Source: Octopus vulgaris
Lineage: Eukaryota
NCBI GenBank assembly: GCA_951406725.2
Contig: OX597829.1
Span: 21,080,001 to 21,144,000 of the forward strand
Direction: 5' to 3'
Length of the DNA stretch: 64,000 bases
The translations under genes and the position numbers were made by a program. This document shows, piece after piece, positions 1-13,207 of the stretch (position 1 is its first letter; every line of letters starts with the position of its first letter). Under the pieces are notes generated by a model. The model worked only from the letters and a program-made list of their open reading frames with translations, was not told where the DNA came from and made no database searches.

Positions 1-99
1 ATAACTGCATAGAGATATAATCCAAGACTGAGAAGAATAAGAAAATGACTTGAAATCTTTATTCATTGTAATACAATAGCAGTGTCACCATTTCAAATC

Positions 100-752
100 A
101 ATCCAGGTATGACTCAACCAAGAAACTAAAAGCATGGGCATAATTTATATAAGTAATAATAGCAGACTCAGGAAGACATAGGATGAGGTGGTCAAGCATA
201 GCCTTCGAATGTTGGGCCTCACAGAGGCAATGACAAAAGACCGAGACCTCTGGAGATATGCTGTGACTGCGAAGACCTGACAAATGAAGTGAGTTCATGG
301 CTCGCAGGACGGCCTGCTGTGCTTACCTTGGAACATAGGGTAACCTGCTGTGCTTGAGGAGACCTATTGAGTCAAATACATCAACATCAAAATAAAAATC
401 AAATGGAAATTATAGTTGTGATACCTGTGCCGGTGGCATGTAAAAAACACCATCCTAACGTGGCCGATGCCAGCGCCACCCTGACTGGTGTCTGTGCCGG
501 TGGCACGTAAAAAGCGCCAACCAATTGTGGACATTGCCAGCCTCCTCTGGCCCCTGTGCTGGTGGCACGTAAAAAGCACCCACTACACTCACGGGGTGGT
601 TAGCATTAGGAAGGGCATCCAGCCGTAGAAACACTGCCAGATCAGACTGGAGCCTGGAGCAGCCTTCTGACTTTCCAGACCCCGGTCAAACTGTTCAACC
701 CATGCTAGCACAGAAAACAGACGTTAAATGACGACGATGATGATGATGATGA
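100..752 (+). mobile_element. RTE 3'-end/SINE-like repeat with (GAT)n tail; many copies (e.g. 14150-14520-, 27128-27265, 52200-52460-, 55080-55395, 58120-58500)
   Basis: Recurrent AGGAAGGGCATCCAGCTGTAGAAAC...CCATGCTAGCATGGAAA...GATGATG consensus; here preceded by an RKTxDEVV coding remnant. Confidence 0.85.
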
Positions 753-1295
753 ATAATGTATAAGTTTTTATATAAAAAATTTAATTTCAAGTCACTTCTC
801 AGTTTCATTCTCATATTTGGTTGAATGGATGGACATGGCAGTGGTCATCATGTTATTCCAGTTTTGGGTAGAGTATATAATGCAAAAGTGTGTAGTAAGA
901 AGATGTGGTGGTGAAGAAAGCATTGGGGCATCTTAAGGTTTGGGGCACCCAAGTCTATTTCATTGTTAGTAAATGTAAGTTTATAATGTATTTTGTTAGG
1001 CAAGTGTGTAAGGGTGAATGGCCTTAGTGGTTAGGATGTTGCACTCACAGTTGTGAGATTGTGGTTTCAGTTTTCAGACCAGTCAGTGTGTTGTGTTCTT
1101 GAGCAAAACGCTTCATCTCATGTTGCTCTGGTGACCATTTTGACATCTGACGTTTGGCACACCATGCAATCTGTTCAGACAATGTTGATTTGATGGAAGG
1201 AGTGAGCTAATGTACAGCACACAATTAAACAAATCATTTGTGTTGGTTGTTTGGCAAGAAATTGCAGAACCATCTTTCTTGGACTATGAGAAAAT

Positions 1296-1413
1296 ACCAC
1301 CACCACCAATACCATCAACCCCACCTCCACCTCCACCACCACCACCAATACCACCACCTCCACCACCACCACTGCTGCCGCCATCACCAGTACCTCCACT
1401 GTCGTCGTCGTCG

Positions 1414-1456
<43 letters not shown>
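1296..1456. repeat. (CCA)n/(TCG)n/(TCA)n compound microsatellite
   Basis: Direct reading. Confidence 0.95.
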
Positions 1457-1921
1457 AAGGCAAGTATGTTTGCATTCATCATTTATTATGTAGAAAAAAA
1501 TTCAAGAAGCTGTACATAGTGCAAGATGCAAAATGTAAAATATAAAATGCTAAATTTCCCTTCTTCTCACACGGTGGTAAATCAGAGAGTTGTGTTGACA
1601 TACCAGAACAATGGGGGGGGGCGGATTATATTGTAAATGTGGTGACTTTATTCTATACTTGAAATGAATGCATAAAACTTGAGCAGTAGTATTAATTTAT
1701 CTCAGTGTTCCAAATGTAATAATCATAGTAGAACTAAAGGTGGTGAGCTAGCAGAATTGTTAGCAGGCTGGGAAAAATGCTTAGTAGAATTTTGACCATC
1801 TTTACATTCTGAGGTCAAATTCCTCCGAGGTTGACTTTGCCTTTTTCTTCCCTTTTTGAGTTGATAAAATCGATTACATGAACCCCCTTTTTTTTTTTTT
1901 TTTTTTTTTTTTGTTCTTTAG

Positions 1922-2196
1922 GCAAGTGCCAAACTCAAGAAAGATGTCGATCAAGAGGTTTCTGAAGATATTCGTGAACTCGTAAACCAACTGAAAAATA
2001 AACTTGAGAAGAATTCTTATCAGGGAACATATTTTGATCGGACTGCTTTGGAAACTGAACGGATTTGTAACTCAGATGGCTTGTTCGAATGTGAAGGGAA
2101 GTTTGATGAAAGTACATGTGAAAACTCACATATGATCAACCCTTATTCATCCAGGCAAAACTGTCTGATGTTTGGTATGTGGGATCTGGATCATAT
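1922..2196 (+). CDS. DFFB: DNA fragmentation factor subunit beta (CAD/DFF40), penultimate coding exon
   Basis: Poly-T tract and AG acceptor at 1920-1921, GTAAGT donor at 2197. Open frame ASAKLKKD...GTYFDRTALETERICNSDGLFECEGKFDESTCENSHMINPYSSRQNCLMFGMWDLDH matches the CAD nuclease domain (YFDR, C-x8-C-x3-H, INPY, WxLDH). Ends in phase 2. Confidence 0.95.
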
Positions 2197-3065
2197 GTAA
2201 GTAACAATATTGCTAGTCATCAAAAATATATTTCTCTTATACTCTTTTACTTTTACTTGTTTCAGTCATTTGACTGTGGCCATGCTGGAGCACTGCCTTT
2301 AGTCGAGCAAATCGACAGGTCTTCACAACTAGAGTTTTGTGTCCCAAGAAGGAAAGGTATGCATTAGTGGACCAGCTACATCCCAGGTAGAGGCCACGGG
2401 TTATGGTCTGACTTGTCCTGCCGGGTCTTCTTACGCACAGCATACTTCCAAAGGTCTCAGTCTCTAGTCATTTCCTTGGTGAGACCTAAAGTTCAAAGGT
2501 TGTGCTTCACCACCACATCCCAGGTTTTCCTGGGTCTGCCTCTTCCACAGGTTCCCTCAACCGCTAGGGTGTGGCACTTTTTCACACAATTATCTTCATC
2601 CATTCTCGCCACATGACCATACCAGCGCAAACGTCTCTCTTACACACCTCAACTGATGCTTCTTTGGTCCAACTTTTCTCTCAAGGCACTTACACTCTGT
2701 CGAGTATGAACACTGACATTACACATCCATCGGAGCATTCTGGCTTCATTTCTTGCGAAATATATATATATAAACACACACACCTATATATATGTGTGTG
2801 TGTGTGTGTGATAAATTAAGAGGCATGTAAATGCCAGAAAAGAAATAATTTTAAGAGTCAACGGAAGCAGATTGTCTGTTACCTGTTGAAAATAATGGAA
2901 AAATTAGATAAAATTAAGTTGTTAAATCAAGGTTGTGCTCCAGCATGGCCACAGTCAAATGACTGAAACAAATGAAGAAAAATCTAAGTTGCCATGGCTT
3001 GTTTCATGAAAATTAACTGGTTTAGTTAATATATGTAACTAAAAATAAAATCTTAATCAAATATA

Positions 3066-3472
3066 GGCACAGGAGTGGCTGTGTGGTAAGTAGCTTGCTA
3101 ACCAACCACATGGTTCCGGGTTCAGTCCCACTGTGTGGCATCTTGGGCAAGTGTCTTCTGCTATAGCCCCGGGCCGACCAATGCCTTGTGAGTGGATTTG
3201 GTAGGCAGAAACTGAAAGAAGCCTGTCGTATATATGTATATATATATATATGTATGTATGTGTGTTTGTGTGTCTGTGTTTGTCCCCTTAGCATTGCTTG
3301 ACAACCGATGCTGGTGTGTTTACGTCCCCGTCACTTAGCGGTTCGGCAAATGAGACCGATAGAATAAGTACTGGGCTTACAAAGAATAAGTGCTGGGGTT
3401 GAGTTGCTCGATTAAAGGCGGTGCTCCAGCATGGCCGCAGTCAAATGACTGAAACAAGTAAAAGAGTAAAAG
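3066..3472 (+). mobile_element. SINE family A (tRNA-like head, CR1/L2-type tail); copies also at 21519-21930, 22942-23375, 30978-31378(-), 20250-20735(-), 23690-23969(-), 25400-25760, 60545-60750(-)
   Basis: A-box TGGCTGTGTGG, B-box GGTTCAGTCC, internal microsatellite, tail GGTGCTCCAGCATGGCCGCAGTC shared with the LINE end at 7155-7200. Confidence 0.9.
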
Positions 3473-4146
3473 ATATATATATATATATATATGAACGCCT
3501 AAAATTTTTCATTAAATCCATTAAAATATTAATAATGAATATTATTTCCTAGTCTAGGAACAACAAAACAAGCGTAAAATAGCAAAAAAGCATATACAGG
3601 GGTATTTGAACTTAAGATGGGCTGTGATTGGCGCAATGGAGAGAGACGACAAATCACAGCTTTCTATTTTGAAATCTGGCCTGTGTAACAGTAACAATCT
3701 TTATTTTTTTTAATCTAAAGTTTTATTGCCTAACAGTTGTCCTTGTTATTAATAGACTACTGTAATGGGTGGGTTGTTAACAGTACAGGGAGGGTTTTAA
3801 AAGTCCAAATACACATTAAGTACTGTAAATATGGTGTCCCTACTTCGCGGAAATTCAGTTATCACGGCCAGTCTTGGAACCAATCTACTGCGATAAACTA
3901 GGGATCACTGTAATGACTCTCCCTAGACACAACAAAATTTGTTTCAACGTGCAAATTCACAAAGAACCTTGCAAACCAAATACGAAAATGAAATATTGAA
4001 AAAATTATTCTCAAGTAAAATATTAAGTATGAGAGATGTACGTATGGTCAGCTTGAGAAACTGTCATATCTCTTTTTAATGTCTTATTTATGTATATTTA
4101 TCAACACTATTAATGCACACTAAACATATGATTACTTTTATTACAG

Positions 4147-4339
4147 AATTGAGAAGACTCGGGTTATTATACCAATGGTGTTAAAGGCAGCTAAGATGAA
4201 AAAAACAAAGCAGATATTGTCATGTGATAAAATTTATAATCTTTTGTTCACCAGGCATAATCTTAAACTGGTGTTCCGGGAATGTCACAGTAAAAAATCT
4301 CGTGTTTCCACCCTTGACTGGAAAACTTTATGTTTATGA
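4147..4339 (+). CDS. DFFB: DFFB/CAD terminal coding exon
   Basis: TTACAG acceptor. Phase-2 join gives LDHI-IEKTRVIIP...IYNLLFTRHNLKLVFRECHSKK...L*, matching CAD LDHIIEKKR...LLFTxxNLKLVHxxCHKK. TGA at 4337-4339, AATAAA at 4346-4351. Confidence 0.95.
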
Positions 4340-4810
4340 TTTGTAAATAAAAGAGGGGTGTTTTAGTAATTTGCTCATCACTATTTTTATTTTGTAATAC
4401 CTAAGATTGAATTCTTAAATCTATGTCTGGACCATTCTAATGAAAAGTAAACTATTGTTATCATCAGGAAGAAGATATTTCAAAAAAGTATTTGTGAAAA
4501 ATTGAATGTTTTATGATAATGAATACATAACGACTAAGGGGAGACCAATGGGGTATGTTGGATATGCTATATTAATTTATGAGAAAAGTTTGTGAATTAA
4601 CCCTTTTGATACCAACCTCTACCTGATGCCACACCTGGTTCTATAATACAAACTTTGTGTTTTAAAGTGATCTGAATTAAAATCTTCCAGCAAAATCTCC
4701 TGTTAATCTATGTTCCAAGCATCAGTTTAATTATGACAAAAATATTTTAACAAATTCTTCATAATCATCAGAACTAATTGAAACAGGAATATGGAACCAA
4801 AAGAGTGAAG

Positions 4811-4848
<38 letters not shown>

Positions 4849-6144
4849 AATAAATAAATATATATATATATATATAAGTTTAAGTCACAATGTATGGATT
4901 CAAGTAATCTTTTGAAATTTTAACTTTGTATTCATATAATGTTACGTTGAGAATTTAGTATTTCACTTAGACTTTCTTTTACATGAGGATATAGCTTAAA
5001 TTCTGCATTAAGTAATTTATTTGTTATTAAATATAATATAAATTATGTACATCTTTTTGAATTATGAAACAATTTATCCTGATATTAGAATTGTCTTATT
5101 GTTAAATAAATTTCATCAAACTATTTCTCTGTCATTATGACTTAGGAAATACTATAGAAAATATCTTTATATATAAAGTACATGTCTGAACTACCCAGTG
5201 CGGATCTCTTGACTCAGCTGGGTTGCGCTGTGTGCACACATGGCAGGAATATCAAGTGCAAACACTCCTGCACCAAGTTTTGATATTCAATATTCAAGTG
5301 ATATTGTTTGAGTTAGAAGATTATATTAACCTAGCAAGGTGCCTCATTTTAAGTACCTAATTCAACAGAATCTGAATTAAATATATATATAGTGGAATTT
5401 CCAAAAGACTTTCAGTATAATTAGTTACAAACTGTAGTTTTTCCTTAATTTTTTTATGGTGTACTCCAAAAAATTTCTCGACCTCTTGCATGATCTCTGA
5501 GATGCTTGGAAGAAAAAGGAAGTTCAGGACAATTCAGGGTCAGCTTATCTTAAGACTGGAGACCCGATGCAAATGCATCAGAACTTGGTGAATACTGCTG
5601 AAGGTACTTACCTACCTACCTAACAGCCAGATGGTGGTATTTTATCTGGAAGAGAGATTAATTCTACCATGTAAGAACAAGTATGATCTATTTGATGGGC
5701 TTCTGCACAGTCTTGATTTACTCATTTTCATTCACAGTCAAATGATGTCTTTGTGAAGCAGACTTTTGCCCTACACAGCCAGGTCTGTGTCAATTGGTAT
5801 TGCATTTATATGGAGCTACTCATATCCTTTTTGTAATAGCATGTATGCAGCAACTCAAAACTAAAACAGCAATACTAACTTCACTCACTCTCTAACTCTC
5901 TCTCTCTCTCTCTCTCTCTTTCACTTCCTCTCTCAATTCCTCTCTCTCTCTCTCTCTCTCAAACTAACAAATTTTTAAAAATATAATTCTATATTTTCAC
6001 ACATTTTAATTTTTTGATTTGTAAATATATTTACAAATATAATAAAATTTAATTCTTTTTTGTAATAAAAATTTTTCTGTTGTTTGAATTTTTATTTTAT
6101 TTAAAACCAAATTTGTTTTCTCATAGTTTTCATTCAACCCCCAC

Positions 6145-7200
6145 CTTATACTGCATAATCATCATCCTGGTTTTTAAGTATACTTTTCTAATACTAGCTA
6201 CGCAGATGATACAAAAGCCTCTCAGAAGATACAGAACCCTGGAGATGTTGGGCATCTGTAACGTGAGTTGGATGCAATATACAGGTTGGCTGAGGAAAAT
6301 AACATGCAATTTAATGATGGAAAATTCCAAGTCCTGTGCTACCAACACTGGAAGCTCAATGGAAAACAGATAGGATACACTGACCCAGGAGGGATTCCAA
6401 TCCCTGTATCAAAATCAGTGTGTGACCTGAGCATTGACATGAGTAATGATTGTATCTTCCTTGGTGCACATTACCAAGCTAGCAATAAAATGCAGACATA
6501 TGACTGGGTGGATCCTTCGAACTTTCAAAACAAGAGAAAAGGAAACCATGATGGTCTTCTGGGGGACAACCATGATGGTCCTCTGGAGGACTTTTATTCT
6601 CAGCCATCTGGATTACTGCTCCCAACTGTGGTCATCAAACAGTGTAAAATCAATGATGGAATTTGAGGTGATCCAGCGAAGCTGCACAAGGAAGATCAAT
6701 ACAATGCAACATGTTGCTTACTGGGAGAGACTGAATGAGTTAAGACTCTACTTCCTGGAGTGAAGGTGGGAAAGATATGCAGTAATATACATCTGGAAAA
6801 CCCTAGAAAATCTTGTTCCAAACTTTGGCGTTGTCACTCACACAAACAGCAGGATGGGGCGCTACTGTATGGTGCCAAAGATCCCAACATGGCCAATACT
6901 GCAACAGTTTGGGCTTCAAAGGCCCACAGCTCTTCAGTTTCTTCCCACAAAGCTTGAGAGACCTACATGGCATAAATGTAGGCTTTTTTGAAACAAAATT
7001 AAATTTCCTGTCAAGATTTAGTTTTGCCCAGAGGTAGAGTTCCAGATGAATCTACCTCTGGGCAAGAAACACAGATGAGGCCAGCAACATCAAACTTGCT
7101 CATCCACCAAATGTGATGTATCAGATGAGGTTTAGTGAAAGTATAGCAAAGTAAACGGTGGTATCCCAGCATGGCCGCAGTCCATGGACTGAATTTTAGA
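6145..7200 (+). mobile_element. CR1/L2-type LINE, 3' RT fragment (decayed)
   Basis: YADDTK, NNMQFNxxKF, HLDYCSQLWS, YWERLNELRLY motifs with frameshifts; tail GGTATCCCAGCATGGCCGCAGTC. Confidence 0.85.
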
Positions 7201-7225
7201 GAATATATATATGTATATATATATA

Positions 7226-7258
<33 letters not shown>

Positions 7259-7262
<4 letters not shown>

Positions 7263-7730
7263 CTTACAGAATAAGGGCAAAAGAAAAATTCTAATGCCAA
7301 ATATGCTGAAAAAAAGACAAAATTGTCAATAACCATTATAATTTATGCGTCTCGAAACAATCCGTTATTACTGTATTGGTCCCAATTTCGGGGTTAATTC
7401 ATAAGGTTAATCCATGGGTATGAGTAAGTATTTCATTTAAGTCTTACGTATTTATCGCTGAAGAGGGGAAAATTCTTATGAATTAACCCCAAAATTGGGA
7501 CCAATATGGTAATAACGGATTTTTTAGAAATTTCTATCAGTTTGTTTCAAGACGCATAAATTATAATGGTTATTGACAATTTTGTGTATTTTTTGGCATA
7601 TTTGGCATTAGAATTTTTCTTTTGCCCTTATTTTGTAAGTTATTTATAAATTTAACCTTTAAAGGTATTTTTTGATATGCCGGTCGTTGATAAAATTTTT
7701 TTTCGAAAAAAATTTTATCCTACATTAATT
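7259..7730. mobile_element. Fold-back element in (TA)n with degenerate hammerhead (7453-7506)
   Basis: Arms 7259-7405 and 7475-7643. CTGAAGA 7458-7464, stem II GGGG/CCCC, GAAA kept in the left-arm copy, cleavage triplet degenerate. Confidence 0.75.
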
Positions 7731-7917
7731 ATATATATATATACATATATAGGCGCAGGCATGGCTGTGTGGTTGAGAAGCTAGTCTAAGGTTCAGTTCT
7801 CCTGTGCAGCAACTTGGGCAAGTATCTTCTAAGTATCTTTGGGTTGACCAAAGTCTTGTAAGTGGATCTGGTAGATAGAAACTGAAAGAATCCCATTATA
7901 TATGTATGCATGTGTGT

Positions 7918-8257
7918 ATTGGGTCATCCCATAAATAATGTGGTTTTTTCAAATGCATGAACTAAAAGTCATAGGGGAATGGGATAAACTACTTGCATCA
8001 ACATGCTATAAAAGCAGGGAGTAATTTTACCTCGTACTTATTCTTAGTGCAAGCTTTGAAGAGTGTAGTTCGATTTTAAGTCATTTTTTCAAAGGCCATA
8101 ATGAAAGTGACAAAGGAGCATATTTGGCATATTTTGCTTTATGAATTCAATAAAGGCAACAATGCAACAGAAAATGCGAGGAATATTAATACAGTATATG
8201 GGGAATGGACAGTAAACATAAGCCAGTGTCAACAATGGTTCTAGAAATTCTGAGGTG
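7918..8257 (+). mobile_element. Mariner 5' fragment
   Basis: TA+TTGGGTCATCCCATAA end; ATG at 8101 gives MKVTKEHIWHILLYEFNKGNNATENARNINTVYG...CQQWF (mariner HTH). Confidence 0.8.
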
Positions 8258-10075
8258 AATGTCTTTGTACTGCAGAACTTTGATCCATAGCCTTCCAGTG
8301 CCTAACCTGCTTTCTGGGTTCTTGACATGATTTTTCTGTCAAGAGTACCATTGCTGGAGATAGTGCTCCTCAGGTATCTGAAAATAGTCGTGAGTCATTG
8401 ATGATAATGCATAGCTGTAGCAGGTTGCTGTTAGGTGAAATTTGAAGGAGGACTTCTATTACTGAGGCTGGTTGTAAAACTGAACTACCTGGATACAGTA
8501 ATGACTCTCTCAATGTTCTGAAGGTAGTTTTCTTGCTGTGCCATTTTGATATGGCCATCTACACAGAACACTTCTATGATGAGCTTCTAAAAGGTTTTTG
8601 TGTGGGCTGTAGGGCAACACAAGTTAAAAAGTGATTCATTCAGACAGTATTTGATGTCCAGATTTAGGTCTTTGATAGGATGTAGTTGGACTTGGGTGAA
8701 GAAGAGATTAAAAAGTACTGGTTCGAGTATACAGCCCTGTTTAACACCATTGAAAACGTCGAACTTCTCACCAGATTTATCAGCCAAGAGCATCTCTCCA
8801 GTCATGTTGACATAGAAGAGACTATGAAGTTGATAAATTTTGATGGGCAGCCCAACTTCTTGAGAATAATCCACGGAGTTTATCTGTTGACCATATCAAG
8901 TGCCTTTGTCCGATTGATGAAAACAAAATACATATTTATGCTCTGTTCTAGGCATTTGTCTAACTGTGAAGATCACCTCTATGGTATTACCTTCAGGTTG
9001 GAATTTGCATAGTGATTCAGGAAGACCTTTTTTTGGATAATGTTGAAATAAGTCTATTAAAGATGAGATGGGCTAGAATTTTGCAGGTGATGGTGTGGGA
9101 TGACGTCAGCAGCTGGGGAGCTGACCGGAACTTGGGACTGACCGGAAGAGGAAGGGGTAGGAGTGACGCGTGCGCAGGCAGGGCAAGATTGGACCTTTTT
9201 GATCGAGGCAGCCGAGGGAGTTAGATGTGTGAGCACGTTGTTAAGGTAGGGGAGAAGCAGCTGCTATTTCTAGTGTTCGGGTTGGGCTGCGTTGAAGGGT
9301 CCATTACCACTGAGAGGTCTCCATCAAGCGAAGAGAAGGTAGGTGTCCTTATTTCGAATCTCTCGCATACACCACAGATGGAGAGTAGGGAGATACCTTA
9401 GTAGTTCCTGCAGTCTGATCATGAGCTTTTGTTCTTATAAAGGGAAACTATTGCAGTAGACTGAAGATCAGGTGGCATTTCTCTCTGTTCTCAGATACTG
9501 ATCAGGACATCCTGGAATACTTTGAGGGACTCTTTGTCAAGAGTTTTGTACACTCTCTGGGAATGCCATCCTTCTGGATGCTTTACCACAATTCATCTGC
9601 TTTATGGGTGATTTGACCCCAGACAAGGAAGACAGTTCATTGAGGTGCTTGTGTCCTGAACTCTGAGAGATCTGATCAGGTGCTGACTGATCGACAGTGA
9701 AGGATTTGTCCACAAGTTAGCTGAAGTGTTCTTTCCATCTGTTGTTAATGCCCTGCTTGTCTTTGATGAGTGAGTATCCACCTGCCAATAACAGAGAGGC
9801 TATACTTGGTTTCGAGGGACCAAAGACAGACTCGATGGCATTGCAGAACTGCTTGATGCTATTTGTGTCAGAATAGATCTGAACCTCATCTGCCCTTTTA
9901 CTCCACCATGAATTGTGCTTTGTGCAGATTTCTCTTTGAGAGAGAGAGCCTGGAAGGACATGAATACGTCCTTCTTGCAGATGGAGCTCTGGTTATTCTA
10001 CCACTCTCTAAATATCTTGTTCTTCTTGGTTAGCAGATCATTGATAGTGGTATTGTTCTCATCAAACCAGGTTTT
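8258..10075 (-). mobile_element. RTE-clade LINE RT fragment (decayed)
   Basis: DCRNYxGISLLSI, GVKQGCILEPVLFNLFF, STISSNGTLD motifs on the minus strand. Confidence 0.85.
9094..9376. mobile_element. Solo LTR (283 bp) nested in the RTE fragment
   Basis: TGTGG...CCACA termini; 5-bp TSD GATGG (9089-9093 and 9377-9381); removal restores the RT peptide GISLLSITCKIL. Confidence 0.85.
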
Positions 10076-11174
10076 ATTATGATTGAGAAGAGGGCAAACA
10101 AATTGCCATGTTAAAAAACATTAAAATCATTTGAAGCATTTAAAATTTACATGCAATACCATAACAAAGAAGAAAAAAATATATAAAGACAAATTCTATT
10201 GTTTTTCTTTTGTGAATAAAATGAGGCCCCAAAATATTTTCCTAACATTTTGGTGCAAAGAAGTGAGTCAGTTTGAGAACCACTGCATTATATAACAAAG
10301 AGCAAGGACCCATTCCCTCAAAGCGAAATTATATAACACTCAAACTCTTCCATGGTAAGAGAAAGTAAAATGGGGTGAATGCTAATGCAGTGCTAGGAAT
10401 GCTTGTTATAACTGAAAAAGGGGGAGACAATTCACAATGTCTCCAAAAAAAATATTTGAAAGTTCTAAAACTTGTCTATAAATATGGTGAAATAACTGGC
10501 ACTCAGTTGATTACAACGACAAAGTTTCCATTTGATCTGATCAACAGAACAGCCTGCTTGGGAAATTAAAGTACAGGTGGCTGAACACTACACAGACATG
10601 TGTAGCCTTAATGTAGTTCTCAGGGAGATTCAGCATGATACACAATGTGACATGGCTGACCCTTTCAAATAAAGGTACTACTCATTTTTGCCAGCTGAAT
10701 GAACTTGAGCAATGTTAGATAAAGTGTATAGCTCAAGGACACAATGTGCTGCTGGAAATTGAACTTATGACCTTACAATTGTGAGCCTAACACCCTAACC
10801 CCTAAGTCACACGCTATGGTGAAAGAAGCATAGCTATATGGTTGATAACTGTATTTCACCTCATTAATAAAGGGGCAGGGAAAAAGTTACTTAAATATCT
10901 TGGTAGAGACTAGTCAGAAGTAAGTAGAAACAAATGTGGTGATGCATTCCATATTTTTGTAGACATGAATTGTTATAGCAACAACTGGATGAGAGAATGA
11001 TTGGAATTTGGAAAAAAAAAGAAGAAATATTTTCCCGTTTGGCTGTTATTTCTAGCATGTGAAATCTTTGACCTTTGTCATTTTGTCTGCTTGTTTGAAA
11101 AGCACCAACATTCTGGATAATTTTAAAATTGTCTGCTCATTTGCACATGCGTATATGTGTGCACACACACACAC

Positions 11175-12030
11175 ATTGGGTTGAAACAAAAGTGCATACT
11201 GATTTTAAGAAGAAATTTTAAAACACTATTTAGATATTTTGTATTAGATGCCTTTATTCGTCTACATATGTCCCATTTTGTTCCACTAGCTTTTGTCATC
11301 TTTGAAGTAGCTTCATGTTCCCATTCTTCTAAAATTTGGCGTCTTTTTCTCTGGCTCATGAACCAGTCAAAGTGGTTTTTACAGTCTTCCAAAGAATTAA
11401 GGGAATTCTGTAAAGATCAAAATAAGTGGCAATCTAAAGGTCAAAGTTTAGGGGAGTACAAAGGGATGGTAAGACATTACAGACAAGTTGTGCCAATTTC
11501 TGTTGAGTCAGCAAGAAAACATGAGATCTAGTGTTATAAAGCAAGGGAACAACATTCTGAGAGACTAATTTTGGACATTTTTCATTAATTGCTGCCTTTA
11601 ATTGGTTTTATTAGGAACAATAAATGTTTGAATTCAATGTCTGATTTCACGGAAGGAGCTTGTAATACACAATACTCTTCCAATCCCAGCAGATATGGAC
11701 CATCACTTTCTTCTGACACAGACAAGCTTTTGGAATGATTAAACGTGGTTCATTTAATTTTTTCTGGGATCTTTTCCTCTCCATGCTGGTATAATTTTTT
11801 TCAATTCAGTTAATATTTTTTTCCATTAAAGCATGAAGCACCCAAATATCATAGCAATTCATGCATCCAAGTGTTTTAAATACCTTATAATACACAAATG
11901 AGGAATATGGAGTATCTCTGAAATGTCTCATATCTTTTAAATTGGATTATGTTTGGTTAGCATTTCAATCTGGTCATCATCAACAACTGTATGTCTGCTG
12001 AAATCATCATCATCATCATCATCATCATCG

Positions 12031-12092
<62 letters not shown>

Positions 12093-12410
12093 GTTTAATG
12101 TCTGCTTTCCATGCTAGCATGGGTTGGACGATTTGACTGAGGACTGGCGAACCAGGTGGCTGCACCAGACTCCAATCTTGATCTGGCAGAGTTTCTACAT
12201 CTGGATGCCCTTCGTTTTACAATTTTCCAGATCAAAATTTTCACTCTAAATTAACTTTGCAAACCACTTATGAACAGTCCTCTCAGTTATGGCACTATCT
12301 CAATAAATTGCACTTATATATTTGTTTTTGCTGTTTGTATAGTGTTTTTTCCTTTTCAGAAAAAAAAAAGCATCAAATGATGAAAATGTATCTCATTTTC
12401 TTCCATTTTC
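11175..12410 (-). mobile_element. Decayed mariner transposase, interrupted by (CAT)n/RTE tail at 12003-12212
   Basis: MEENEIHFHHLML N-terminus; YSPKL*PLDCHLF*SLQNSL corresponds to the YSPDLAPSDYHLF motif. Confidence 0.75.
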
Positions 12411-13207
12411 ACTTTGAACGTAAACTAGTAAAAATAAGCTATCCACACAGTAACTATATACAAAAATGTGTTGAAATATCATCTTCTGGAATATACATAT
12501 ATCATCATTATCATCATCATTTAGTGTCCATCTTCCATGTATGCATGGGTGGGATGGTTGACAGGAGCCAGCCAGTTAGAAAAACTACCCTAGGTTACTG
12601 TGTCTGTTTTGACAGGGTTTTTACAGCAGGATGTCCTTCCTAACACCAACCACTATGCAGAATGGACTCAGTGCTTTTTACATGGCACTAGCACAGGTGT
12701 AGTTAGTTTTGGTATAATTTTTACAGCTGGATACCCTTCCAAACATCAACCATGTTACAGTGTTAACTAGATGCTTTTAACGTGGCACCAGCACAGGTAG
12801 GGTAACCAAGTAACTCACAAGACAAGTAATTATGAGAGGGGCAGGGCATTCAAGGAGAGAAACTTAAGGTTACAGTGTTACAAAGACACAGAGACAGAAG
12901 CAGGTGTCTTGCAACTAGAGGTGGGGTATTAGAGGAGATGATCCAGTATCAAATGATGAAAGGTTAGAATGTAACAGGGAAATAGAGAGACGATTTGACT
13001 GAGGTCTGGCGATCCAGATGGCTGCACCAGACTCCAATCTAATCTGGCAGTGTTTCTACAGCTGAATGCCCTTCCTAAAGCCAACCACTCCAAGAGTGTA
13101 ATGGGTGCTTTTACATCCCACCGGCATGAGGGCCAATCAGGTGGTACTGGCAACAACCACACTCAAATGGTGTTTTATATCTATATATCTATATATATAT
13201 ATATATA

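Noticed and set aside
1175-1519. Poly-Pro/His/Gly/Asp ORFs
   Set aside because: Trinucleotide repeats inside a DFFB intron, open in several frames by chance.
11123-11531. Host-gene exon
   Set aside because: Part of a decayed mariner transposase.
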